Assembly: GCA_965240325.2 (NCBI GenBank)
Contig: OZ251245.1
Coordinates: 496,001-560,000, forward strand
Direction of reading: 5' to 3'
DNA length: 64,000 bases
DNA from: Rebecca billardiae RCC1528
Taxonomy: Eukaryota > Protista > Haptophyta
In this document: positions 1-11,130 of the stretch, one piece after another
Position numbering within the stretch: the stretch's first letter is position 1
Layout: each line of letters opens with the position of its first letter
Notes under the pieces: model-generated
Database searches by the model: none
Told to the model about the DNA's origin: nothing
What the model saw: only the letters and a program-made list of their open reading frames with translations
Program-made: the position numbers and the translations under genes

Positions 1-222
1 TTTTATCGGCCTTTGGCCGTCTTCTTGGGTAGGGATTCCCCTAGGTTGAGTAAATGCGCAATCTCTTTGTGGACGAAGCGCTGACGGGTACACTGCCGCC
101 GCCGCCCATGGATGACGGTTCGTTCGGCAAGTTGGTTGGTTCGGCTTCACAAGCGGCACGGAGCACCGCCGCGGAGTGCGGGAGCGCTTGTGGCACGGGG
201 CGTGTGCCGCCAACGGCGCGCC

Positions 223-1904
223 ATGTTCGCCTCGCACGACGTGATCACAACGCGCAACCTGTCCGCGCGACTCCTGGATGACATCATATGGGTTGCATTC
301 ATCGCCACAGCCGACATCCGCCGGTGTGCCTGGCCGCTCATCCGCGCGATGCTCTTCAGGCACGAGGCGGGTGATGACGGCGCTAATGACGACGAGCGCG
401 CTGAGGCGGAGGACGACGGGTTCTTCAGCCTGACGCACGACGAGGAGGGGATCACGCTCATCATGGACTCCGCATGCCGGGCCGCCTTCGACGAGTTCTG
501 CGACGGCAACACCATCACATACGCCCCGTGCACGTGGCGCGCGTTCCAGATTCACCTGGGCACGAGCGCGACGCCAGGGTGCGCAGCTCGCGCGCGGGAG
601 AGGGCGCGCGTGCGCCGGGCCGCGCCGATGTCGTGCCCGCGGCCCCGCGGGCACACCAAGCCCTGCGGCCACGCGCCGCGCGCCCGCGAACTGACCCCGA
701 CCCCGCCCGGTGCGCGTGCGCCCGTGTGCACTGTGTTGCCTCGCGTGCACCGCCACGCGCGCGCAGCGTGGTGTGCATGCTCTCGTCGCTACTCGCCGAC
801 GCGCACGTGTCGATCCTGAACGTGTCCACGTACGACTCGGACTTCATCCTCGTGCAGGAGGCCGACGTCACGCGCGCGGCGGACATGATCCGTGAGTCGC
901 TCGAGAGCGGGCTCGCTCGCATGGGCGCGCGCCCGCTGCTGTCGCCAACGGTGCCCACCGACGACAGCGCCCTGAGCGAGCGCGAGACGATCTCGCTGGA
1001 CGATGCGGACGGGGGTGAGACGAGCGGCACTCACGTGGGCTCGAGCGGTGCCGACAGCGTCGACACTCTGGGGGACTCGCGGCCGGCGTCGGCCGCGGAG
1101 CGCGCACCGCTCCGTCAGCGCGAGGGAGGGGCGGCATGGGCGGCGCACGGGGCTGCGCCGAGCAGCGCCGCAGGGGGTACGGCGGCCGAGGCTGGGGCTG
1201 AGGCCGCGTCGGGGGCGAAGCAGCCGAGCGTCGCCTTCGCGGGCTGCAAGCCCTCCGCCTTCGACGCCAAGCGGCGCGAGCTCTACCTGAAAGGTGCGCA
1301 CCCGCAGCGCCCGCATGCGCACCGCGGCCGCGCGGACGCGTCCCGCGGGGCGTGGCGCGTGCCCCGCTGCACGTCCACTCAGCCGCGTGCCCTACCGCCG
1401 CCCCCTCCTTGCCCCCGCCTCTCCGTGCGCGCAGTGCTCGAGCCCACGCTCACCGTCACGCGGCTCAGCGAGCGCGCGCTGCACGACGTGAGCTCGGCGC
1501 TGCTGCGGCTGCTGCTCGTGCGCACGTCCGAGCGCGACCACTTCTGGTCGTACGCGTGCGTGACGGACGGCCCGGGGGACGTGAGCCTGGTGATGGACGA
1601 GGGGGCGGCGGAGCTCTTCGCCGACGGCGCGATCACCGGCACCTGCGGCGCGTGGCGCGCCGTGCGCCTCTGCGGCCACCGCTTCGGCTTCGACGAGACG
1701 GGCGTCGTCTCGACGATGCTCTCGTCCGTGTACGCGCGCAACATCCCGACCATGTGCCTCTCGACGTTCGCCACGTCGATCACGATCGTGGAGGATGCGT
1801 CGCTGGAGGAGGCGCTGGATAGCTTCCGCGCGATCGTGCCGCGTGTCGTGTGGGCGGGCGCGGAGGACGCTGAGCGCGCCGCACAGGCGCTGAGCATACG
1901 CTGA
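223..1904 (+). CDS. CASTOR/GATSL-like tandem ACT-domain protein; exons ~223-578, 767-1293, 1435-1904
   Basis: Spliced translation gives two CASTOR-type halves: FFSLTHDEEGITLIMD..WRAFQI..TPG|VVCMLSSLLADAHVSILNVSTYDSDFILV and FWSYACV..VSLVMD..WRAVRL..FGFDETGVVS..IPTMCLSTFATSITIV. GT-AG introns at 579-766 and 1294-1434 preserve frame. Start ATG 223 is inferred. Confidence 0.8.
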
Positions 1905-2629
1905 GCGCGCGGCGTGCTGGCAGCGAGCTGGGACGCGGCGCCCGCCCCCAGCTAGCTTCACGTCGGCGGCGTGAGCGCCCGAGCCACTCCCAACTCGCCA
2001 CCATCGCCTCGCGGGCTCGCCACTCAGCCAGCCACGGCCTACAGCAGTGCCCGAGCCAAGCCAGAGCCGGCGGGCCTGGTGTTACGCGGACTCAGGACGG
2101 CGGAGTGCCGGCACGACGCAGCGCTCGAACACCGCCGGAACGGTGTCATCGTCGCTGACGCTGCTGCCAGTCGTGCCATTTATTCCCGACGATGGCAATG
2201 CAGAAAGCTGTTAAGTGCATGCGCCAATAATGGCGGCGCGCTGTTACCATCGATCATCGATCGCGTCACTTATTGATGGCGCGCGGCGGTCGCCGCCGCG
2301 CATCGTCAATATCTAGACGATAGTACCGAGTACGGTAGTACCGCGGAGTGCCGTACGGTAGCTAGTACCGGCTAGTGAGGGCTACCGCCGCGGCGGCCCC
2401 GCGGGGTGTCACGGCGCGGTCCGGATCAGCACGGATCAGTCGCGATCACTACGCTCGAGGGCGTCGAGGAGCCCTGGCGCAGTCCCTGCCGGGCACCCTG
2501 CGGGCGGGGCCGGGCCCGGGGGCTGCGCCCGCCCGCTCACTCCCACTTCACAGTCATTGATGTACACTCAGTACTCCGGCAGTACTCTGCTGCAGAGCCA
2601 GCTGGCCTCGGCGCTCCGAGCCGAGGCAG

Positions 2630-2942
2630 CGCTGTCGAGCAGCTGGCGGGGTCTGCGCCCCAGTACTCGCAGTACTGAGCCAGCTCCTCGGCGCTCAGCA
2701 GGCAGCTGTCGAGCAGCTGGCGGGGTCTGCGCCCCAGTACTCGCAGTACTGAGCCAGCTCCTCGGCGCTCAGCAGGCAGCTGTCGAGCAGCTGGCGGGGT
2801 CTGCGCCCCAGTACTCGCAGTACTGAGCCAGCTCCTCGGCGCTCAGCAGGCAGCTGTCGAGCAGCTGGCGGGGTCTGCGCCCCAGTACTCGCAGTACTGA
2901 GCCAGCTCCTCGGCGCTCAGCAGGCAGCTGTCGAGCAGCTGC
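2630..2942. repeat. 74-bp tandem repeat (~4 copies) of the CobW gene 3' end
   Basis: The unit tcagcaggcagctgtcgagcagctggcggggtctgcgccccagtactcgcagtactgagccagctcctcggcgc starts at 2695, 2769 and 2843, with partial copies on either side. Confidence 0.9.
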
Positions 2943-4420
2943 ACGAGCGCGCGCGGCAGCAGCTCGCGCGTGCCGATGAAGACGAGCTCCTGCCGGCGCA
3001 CGCCAATGCCCGCGCCCGCGAGTGGGGCGAGCGCGCCGCCGCCGAGCGCGGCCGCGTCCGCAAAGCCCTCCTCGCCGCCCGAGCTCGCCGCGTGCGCGAT
3101 CGGTGGCGGCTGCGGCGGCGGCTGCGGCTGCGCGCGTGGCTGCACGTCCGCGTCGTCCCACAGCCCGTGCGCGGTCAGGTGGAAGTGCCCGCCCGCGTGC
3201 TCCCACACGTACGGCTGCGCGTGCGAGCTGCCAAGCCACGCGCACCCCTTGGAGCGGAGCAGGCCGCGCACACTCGCAGCCGCCGAGGCCGCGCCGCCCT
3301 CGCCCTCCGCCGCTCCGCCCGGCGGCGCGCGGCGCAGCGCGTACGCGCTGCGCATGTGCGGCAGCACGCGTTCGCACAGCCGGCGCGCGTGGAACGGGCG
3401 GTGCCGCGTGTACACGAACGAGACAACGGCGGGGGCCAGCCCCGCGCCCGCAGCCCCCTCCCGCGCCGCCGCCGCCGGCGCGTCGGCCGCGTCGGCCGCG
3501 GGCGCGCATTCGTCACACCACAACACCGCGCTGCGCCCCGCGCCCGCGCGCGCGGCGCCGGCGGCGTCGGCGTCGGCGGTGGTGCGCGCCGCGCGCCGCG
3601 GCATCGGCTCGCTCTCCACGGGCGCCGCCGCGAGCACCCGCGCCGGCGGCACGCGCCCCCAGCTGGTCGCGAGCACGGCCGCCCTCGGGTTGAGCGCGCG
3701 CAGCAGCTCGACCGCCTCGGCGGCCGCGCGCGCCTCCGCCTCGCCGCCGCCCGAGCGCAGCCGGTCGAGCTTGTTGAGGACGAGGACGTGGGCGCACTCG
3801 ATCTGCGCGATCAGCAGCTGCGACACCCGCGCGCGCGCCGAGTCGGGCAGGTCGGCCGCGCCCGTCGTGAGCGCGAGCGTCGCGTCCTCCGCCGCGTCGC
3901 CCTCGAGCAGGTCAGGCCGCGCGCCCACCGCCTCGTTCGCCTCGAGCAGCGTGGGGAGCGCGCCGGCGTCGACGACGGTGACGAGCGTGTGCAGCTCCAC
4001 GAACTCGAACAGCGGGTGCCCGTCATCCCGCGCCTCGAGGAACCGCTCGTTCACCTCGGACGGGTCGGCGACGCCCGTGGCCTCGATCACGATGTGGTCG
4101 TGCGGCGCGCCCCGCGCCTGCGCGCGGCGGACGAGCTCGGCGACGGAGAGGAGCAGGTCGGCGGCGGCGGTGCAGCACATGCAGCCGTTCTGCAGCTCGA
4201 TCGTCTGCACCGTGTCGAGCTCGTCCTGCTCCGCGTCGGCGACCGCGCGGATCGCGCGCGCGTCGAGGTTGATCGACGCGACGTCGTTCACGACGACGCC
4301 CACGCGCAGGCCGTCGTCGTTCTCGAGGAGGTGGCGGAGCAGCGTGGTCTTGCCCGAGCCGAGGAACCCCGAGATCGTCGTGATCGGCGTCTTGGGCACG
4401 ATGTTCGCCTGCCGCGGCAT
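2843..4420 (-). CDS. COG0523/CobW-family (ZNG1-like) metallochaperone GTPase
   Basis: Motifs GFLGSGKTT (P-loop), ELQNGCMCC (GCxCC metal site), IEATG and NKLD, plus CobW_C motifs RPFH, RSKG, RQELVFIG and LDSCLL. ATG at 4420 (MPRQANIVPK). Confidence 0.9.
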   Translation of the reverse strand: MPRQANIVPKTPITTISGFLGSGKTTLLRHLLENDDGLRVGVVVNDVASINLDARAIRAVADAEQDELDTVQTIELQNGCMCCTAAADLLLSVAELVRRAQARGAPHDHIVIEATGVADPSEVNERFLEARDDGHPLFEFVELHTLVTVVDAGALPTLLEANEAVGARPDLLEGDAAEDATLALTTGAADLPDSARARVSQLLIAQIECAHVLVLNKLDRLRSGGGEAEARAAAEAVELLRALNPRAAVLATSWGRVPPARVLAAAPVESEPMPRRAARTTADADAAGAARAGAGRSAVLWCDECAPAADAADAPAAAAREGAAGAGLAPAVVSFVYTRHRPFHARRLCERVLPHMRSAYALRRAPPGGAAEGEGGAASAAASVRGLLRSKGCAWLGSSHAQPYVWEHAGGHFHLTAHGLWDDADVQPRAQPQPPPQPPPIAHAASSGGEEGFADAAALGGGALAPLAGAGIGVRRQELVFIGTRELLPRALVQLLDSCLLSAEELAQYCEYWGADPASCSTAAC

Positions 4421-5100
4421 GCCTCGCAGCGCGTCGGCCGTGCCGAGCAGCGAGGAAGTCGCGTCAGCAACTCGGCCGTCAAGAACTGTCTTACCACTTT
4501 GGCCGGCGGACGAAGGCCGGAAGCAGGCGGATATTGGCTTGTGATTTGGATTGGCAGTGGCTCGCGAATATTCGCATCCGATTGAGTCGTGGCGCGTCGA
4601 AGTCAATCCGACAATCGACGGCGGCGAACGGGACGCGGCTTGCTAAGGGGTCCAACTGACTTATAGCACTCGGTCCGCCGGGGTCCCCTTGCCTCGAATG
4701 GGCGAGTGCTCGACGCCAGCGCGAGGCCGCAAGCCCTCGTCCCGTCGTCGGTAGACGGATACAGGTCTCCCCTGGTGCCCGCGAAAGACTCGCCACGCGG
4801 TCCGCGGGCGCGAAGGCGGGCGTTGCGGCAAATGCAAGGCATGACGGCCAGGGCCAACAGCCCGCCGGGCGGAGGCACGTGCACATGCGTGTGAATCGCA
4901 AACACCGCGCCGATGCGCCTGAAGTCCATAGGCTTCACTCGGAGGCTTCAGCAGCGTTGCCAAGGCGGGCAACGGGCACGCCGTGCGCCAGGCTCGAGCT
5001 TGGGATTCGCAGGACGGTCCCTCCGTGCGGGCATGAGCTGCGTCGCGCTGGCAGCCTCCACCAGGGCGCTGCGGATGCGAACATGCGATACCCCCGCCTC

Positions 5101-5520
5101 TCACGCGCGAGCGTGCGCGTCCTCGACCCCGTCGGCGCGCTGCTTGAGCGCGTGCACGCGGCCGACCACGCCGGAGCTGAGCAGCACCTTGATGCCGTGC
5201 GGGTGGCTGCGGCTGTTGGTGAGGATGCGCTGCACCACGCCCTCGGTGAGCTCGCCCGTGCGCTGGTGCCGCTTCTGCACCACCAGCACGACGCTGACGC
5301 CGGGAATCAGGCTGTCGCGCACTGGCGCGCCTCCGCTGGGCGCTCTGCTCGCCACGCGCGCGTGGGAAAACGCGTGCCGGTGCTGCGCTGCGCGCGTGTT
5401 GGGGTCAGCTGGGCCTGCCGCGCCCAACACGGCCGGTCGCGCATCGGTAAGCGCGTGCGGTGTCCGCAGGTACGCCTGCTGGTGCACAGCCCGGCGGGCT
5501 GTGCACCACCAGCTGTACAT
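5101..5520 (-). CDS. YwbE/DUF2196 family protein with N-terminal extension
   Basis: VQKRHQRTGELTEGVVQRILTNSRSHPHGIKVLLSSGVVGRV matches the YwbE signature. Start at MYSWW (5520) is inferred. Confidence 0.75.
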   Translation of the reverse strand: MYSWWCTARRAVHQQAYLRTPHALTDARPAVLGAAGPADPNTRAAQHRHAFSHARVASRAPSGGAPVRDSLIPGVSVVLVVQKRHQRTGELTEGVVQRILTNSRSHPHGIKVLLSSGVVGRVHALKQRADGVEDAHARA

Positions 5521-5682
5521 GTGCGGCGCGCGCTCGACGACGACGCCATCGACGCGTCGATCGGGGCCGGTCCGGCTTCGCGGGAGCGCGGTCCGGCCAA
5601 GGTCCGGCGAAAGGTAGGCAGGCAGCTCGCGGCGCGGGCCAAAGCAGGCCCGGCGGGAACAGCGGTTTGAACGACCGCCGGC

Positions 5683-8600
5683 ATGCCCACCGGCGCGACG
5701 ACGACGGCGCCGCCGCCATCGTACGCCCAGCCGCGCGCCTACGGCGGGGCGACATCGACGCCGCAGCGCTCCTCGCGCCAGGCCGCTCGCGAGCAGACGG
5801 CTCAGCTCGTCTCGCGCGCCGCGGCGGCCACGCGCTCGGCGCGCCGCTCGTCGCGCGAGGCGGCGGTTCTCATGCGCCAGTCGCGCGGCGGCGCTGAGCC
5901 ATCGACGCCGGGTGGCGTGGGCGGCTCGAGCGGCCGCGTCAGCCCGGCGTCGAGCGCGCCGTACGCCCCGCAGCTGCGCGACCGGCGCACCTCGACCACG
6001 CCCGCGGCCGCGCCCGCCGCCGCCGACCCGCTCGAGGGGGCGCTGCGCGGCTGGGAGGGCGAGCCCCCGCCGCGCGAGCTGCTCGTGCTGCCGGTGCCGC
6101 CGCGCCCGTCGGCGCGCGCGATGACGCCGGCGGGCGGCTCGTTCCGTGCCGCCGCGCCCTCGCGCTCGCGCTCGCCCGCGCCACCCGCGCCGGCGTCCAC
6201 CGCGCCACCGGTGGCCGGCGCGCGCCGGCCAAGCCTCGGCTCGGCGCGTGATCGCTCCGCCTCGCCACCGTCCGAGCGCGGCGCTGTGGAGCCCGCGCGC
6301 GGCTCGGTGGACAGCCTCGGCGCGTCGGGCTCGCGGCGCAACTCGCTCGGCGGCGAGCGCGCCTCCCCGCCCTCGCCGTCCTCGCGGCTGGGCGCGGCCG
6401 AGCTCGACGGCGAGCACGGCGGCGACGCGGTGGCGCGAGCGCGCGCGCGCAGGCGCTCGGTGACGGACGCGCTCGACCAAGCGTCGCGCGAGAACGTGCT
6501 CGCGGCGTCGCGCGCGGTGGACGGCGGGCTGCCTTCGCCCACGCTGAGCCAGGCGGCGCGCTCGGTCTCCGTGCGCGTGCACCTCGACCACGCGCTCGAG
6601 GGGCGGCCGCGCGCGCCGTCGCCCGGCGCGGCGCCGCCGCACGATCGCGCGGCCGCGCCGCTCGGCGGCCGCGCGGCCTCGGCCGACGCCGACGCCGATC
6701 GGCTCTCGCCGCTCGGCGCGGCGGGCCAGCGCGCGGCGCTGCCCGCGCGCCCGTCGACCGCGCCCGCCGCGCCGCCGTCCGACGACGCCGCGCACGTCGC
6801 CGCCCTGCTCCAGCTCGCCGCCGGCGGCTCGTTCGGCGCCTCGCTCGGCGGGGCCCACCGCCCGGCCGCACCCGACGCCTACCTGCCGCGGGGCGGCGCG
6901 CTGCAGCAGCGGCCGCCGGCGCTCGCGGGGCGCGCCGAGGGCGAGGGCGGCGTGCGGGGCTCGGCGCGCGCGCGCGCGCTCGGCGCGGAGGGCGGCGCGC
7001 CGCCCGGCCCGCGCGCGCGCCGCGCCCTCAGCCTCTCCGTCGCCAACGGCCCGTGGGTGCCGCACGCCGTCGCGTCCACGTGGCCGCCGCCGCGCGCCGC
7101 GTTCTCGCTCGTGTCGAGCGCGGACGCGCTGCCGCGCGCGCGCGAGGTGTCGGCCACGTCGATCCAGGCGGCGGCGCGGGGCAAGGCGGAGCGCGCGGCG
7201 CTGGCGGACGCGCTGCGCTCGGAGATCGAGGACGAGCTCACCATCCGCGCGCTCTCCGCCTCCGGCTCGGGGCCCGACTCCGCCGCGGGCCAGATGGCGG
7301 CCACGCTGGGCGCGCTGCGCTCCGCGCACGCGGCCGAGGCGGCCGAGGCGGAGGCGGCCGCCGCCGAGGCGGCCGCCGCGGCGGAGCGCTCGCGCGTGGC
7401 GGAGGCGCGCGCGGCGAAGGAGCAGGCGGAGGCGGTGGAGGCCGCGCGTGTCGCCGCGCTGGCCGACGCCGACGCCGCCGCGCAGCGCGCCGCCGTCGAG
7501 CGCGAGGCGCGCGAGGCGGCGGCCGCGCGGCGCGCGGCCGACGCCGCCGCCGCCGCCGCCGCGGACGCGGACGCGGCCGCCGCGCGCGAGGCGGCGGAGG
7601 CGGCGGAGGCGGCGCGCGCGGCGGAGGCGGCGCGCGAGGCGGCGGTGCGCGCGATCGTGAACGAGCTCCTCGAGCGCACCGAGGCCACCATCGCCGCCGA
7701 CGAGGAGCGCCGCGCGCGCGCCGCGGCCGCGGCCGCGCGCGCGGCCGCGGCGCGCGAGGCGGCCGAGGCGGAGGCGGCGGCCGCCGCCGCCGCCGACGCG
7801 GCGCGCGCGCGCGAGGCGGCGGCGGCGGCGGAGCGCAAGGAGGCGGCGGAGGCGGCGGAGGCGGGCGCGCTGGCCGAGGCCGCCGAGGCCGCCGCGCGCG
7901 AGTCCGCCGCGCGCCTCGCCGACGCCGACGCCGCCGCCGCGGCCGGCGGCGCGCCCGCCGCAGCCGCCGCGTCCGCGCTGCGCGCGGCCGCGCGCGAGGA
8001 CGCTGCGGCGGCGCGGCGCGCGCGCGCGAGCGCCGAGCGCGAGGGTGCGGAGGCGCGCGCGGCGCGCGCGGCGCTCGAGGGCGCGCGCGCGGCGGAGGCG
8101 CGGGCGGACGCCGCGGCGGCGAAGGAGGCGGCCGAGGCCGACGCCGCGACGCGCGAGCACGCGGAGGCGAGCGCCGCGGCCGAGCGCGCGGCCGCGGCCG
8201 CGGCGCAGGAGGCGGCCGAGGCCGAGGCGGCGGCCGCCGCCGCCGCCGACGCGGAGGCGCGCGCGGTGCGGCTGGCGCAGGTGGAGGAGAAGGAGGCGAG
8301 GGAGGCGGCGGACGCCGCCGCCGAGCGCGCGCGCGCGCTGCTCGCCGCCTCCGCCGCGCGCGACAACGCCGAGCGCGAGGCCCGCGAGGAGGCGGACGCG
8401 CGCGCGGGCGCGCGCGCCGCGGACGCGCGCGCCGACGCCGCGCGCCGCGCGGCGGCTGTCGAGGCGGCCGAGGCGGCCGAGGCGGCGGAGGGCGCGCGGC
8501 GCGCGCGCGCGGAGGCGGAGGCGAGCGCGGCGCGCGCGCTCGTCGAGTCCGCCGAGGCCGAAGGCGCACGCCGCGCCCTCGCCGCCGCCGAGGTGCGCCG

Positions 8601-10746
8601 CGCCGCGCAGCGCCGCGCAGCGCCGCGCAGCGCCGCGCAGCGCCGCGCAGCGCCGCGCAGCGCCGCGCAGCGCCGCGCAGCGCCGCGCCGCCGACCACAA
8701 CCGCCGCCGCGCGCCGACCAGCGCCGCCCGCCCGACCGCGCGGCGCTCACACGCGCCATCCATCCGGCTGGGCGTTGCGCCCGCAGGCCATCCTCGCGGG
8801 CGCGCCCGCGGCCCTGCCCGGCACCGTCCCCGCGCCCGTCGTCGCCGCCGCCGCCGCCGCCGCCTCGCCGCGGGCGCCGCCGGCAGGGGGAGCGCACGCG
8901 CAGCCGGCCGGCCGCGCCGCGCCGCCTGCGCTCCTCGAGGCGGCACCGGCGCCCGCGCCCGCCGCGGTGGAGGCGGCGAACGCCGCGGCGGCGGCGGCGG
9001 TGGCGGCGGCGGCGGAGCGCGCGTGGGCGCTCCCGTCCGACGACCCGTTCAGCTCGCCCTTCGTCTCGTGGGCCGCGGTGCGCGAGGCCGTCCGCCAGAC
9101 CCACCAGATGGTGCGCACCACACCGCGCCACACACCACCACCGCGCCGCGCCGAACCGCACCGTGCTGCTGCACCGCGCTGCTGCACCGCGCTGCTGCAC
9201 CGCGCCGCTGCACCGCGCCGCTGCGCGCGTGCGGCGCCTGTCCGGCCGAGTGCGGAGGCGGTGTCGTCCGATTGCGCGCGCGACACACACGCGCCCACCC
9301 ACACCCACACACACCCACACACACACACGGCGCGCGCGAGGTGGGCGGCATGCGCGCGCCGCGCTCTGAATGCACGCGCGCGCGCGCGGCGCACGTGCGC
9401 AGGTGGGCGAGCTGGAGCAGCGCTCGAGTGCCCCCGCGCTGGCCGAGCGCTCGCCCCACTCGCCGCACGCAGCCGTGCACACCGCGCGCGCCCCCGACGC
9501 CGGCCCCGGCGCGCGCGTGCTCGGAGCAAGGGGCGCGCCGCACGCCGACGGCTCAGCCGAGGGCGCACTGCTCAGCCTGGGCGGCCTGAACGCCGGGCTG
9601 CAGCAGGCGGCGCGCGCGATCGCCGAGCTGGGGGACAGCTGCGCCGCCGCGCTCACGCTCGCCGGCACGCACTCGGTGGGCGCGGGCGGGGCGCGCGCGC
9701 CGGCCGGCGCGTCGGGCCGCGCGCCCGCGCCCGCGCAGCAGCAGCCCGCGCCGCGCGCGCCTTGGGCGGCAGAGGCGCATCCGCCGGGCACGCGCGCGGC
9801 CGCGCCGGCGGCGGCCTCGGCGAGCGCGCTCGGCGGCGGCTGCGCGCGCACGCCCGCGGCCGGGGCGCCGGTGCCGCCGCCCGCCGCGCGCGCGCTGCAG
9901 CGCGCCGCCACGCACGAGCCGGGCTTGCTCGGCGCGCCGCACCGCGCCTCGGCTGCCGAGGCGGAGGCGCGCGCGCAGCCGCCAGCCGAGCAAGCCGCGC
10001 GCACGCCGCCCGGCTCTCAGTGGGCGTGCGGAGGCGCGCCGTACGCACGCGCGGGCGCGCAGCCGCCGCCGAGCGCGCACGCCGCCGCCGGCAGCTCGTT
10101 CGCCACGCCTCCGCCGCAGCCGCAGCCGCAGCCGCAGCCTGCGGCGCAGCGCGCGCACGACGCCGGGCTGACGCCGAGCAAGCCCGCGCGCCGAGGCTCG
10201 CACCTTGCGCACGGCGGCGCGCACTGCGCCACGCCGCCGCCCAGCTGCCCTGCCGGCAGCGTCGGTGGCTCCGTGCCCTCCACGCCGCGGAGCGTCGGCC
10301 CGCGGCTCGAGCAGTGGCGGCAGGCGCGCTTCCGGCTCACGGCGGTGATGCAGGTGCACGCGCTGCAGCCGCAGCAGCTCGGCGGCGCGGCCACGCCGGG
10401 CGCGCCGGCCGGCACGTGCGCGTACGCGCACGCGCCGGGTGCGGGCGGCTATGCGCCGCTCGGCAGCGGCTCTTGCTTCGCCACCCCGCCCTCGGCCTCG
10501 CCCTCGGCGCACTACGCCGCTGCCTCGTCCCATCTGCAGCCGCCCGGCACCCTCTCGCTGCCCATGCTGCCGCAGCCGTCGATGCCACATCATCATCACT
10601 ACGCCCAGCAGCAGCAGCAGCAGCCGGCAGGGCTGCCCTACTACTCGTACCCGCAGCAGCAGGCAGCTCAGCAGCAGTACCTGCCGCACCACCAACTCCA
10701 TCAAGCACCCGCCGGCTACCCGCATCACGGCGGCTACGACTACTGA
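5683..10746 (+). CDS. Low-complexity Ala/Glu/Arg-rich coiled-coil protein with IQ-like motif and Gln/Tyr/His-rich C-terminus; introns 8593-8786, 9111-9402
   Basis: Long ORF with SIQAAARGKAER and EAAEAA heptads. Two GTGCGC..CAG introns join three frames to the stop at 10746. Confidence 0.6.
8601..8690 (+). repeat. 10-bp intronic tandem repeat (CGCCGCGCAG)n
   Basis: About 8 consecutive copies just after the donor at 8593. Confidence 0.9.
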
Positions 10747-11130
10747 CGATGACGCGACTAATCTGGCGCCGGCCCGTGCCTGAGTCTGTAGTAGACGTAC
10801 TACGTAGTGCGCCGACGCGGACGGTAGTCGCGTAATAATTTATAATAACATCAGCATCAGCATCAGGGCTGATCGGGCCCGGCCCACTCTCCCGGGGCCG
10901 GGCGGTAGCACTCCCAGCCTGGGCGACTCGCTCACTCGGGGCACCGCTATGCCTATAGCGGACCCAGTGCCCGAGTCTGCTATGGGCACATCAGTGACTG
11001 ACAGCTGAGTGGGATATATCCGTCTATACTGCTGCTGCTCAGCTAGCTCCGAGTACCGAGCGCCAGGCAATAGGCATTCGGCATAGTCATCGTCACTCGA
11101 CTCAGCAGACACTTCACATCGAAATTCGAA

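Noticed and set aside
5521-10004. 1281-aa and 1041-aa minus-strand ORFs
   Set aside because: They are antisense to the coiled-coil gene. Only the last ~140 codons (YwbE) look real.
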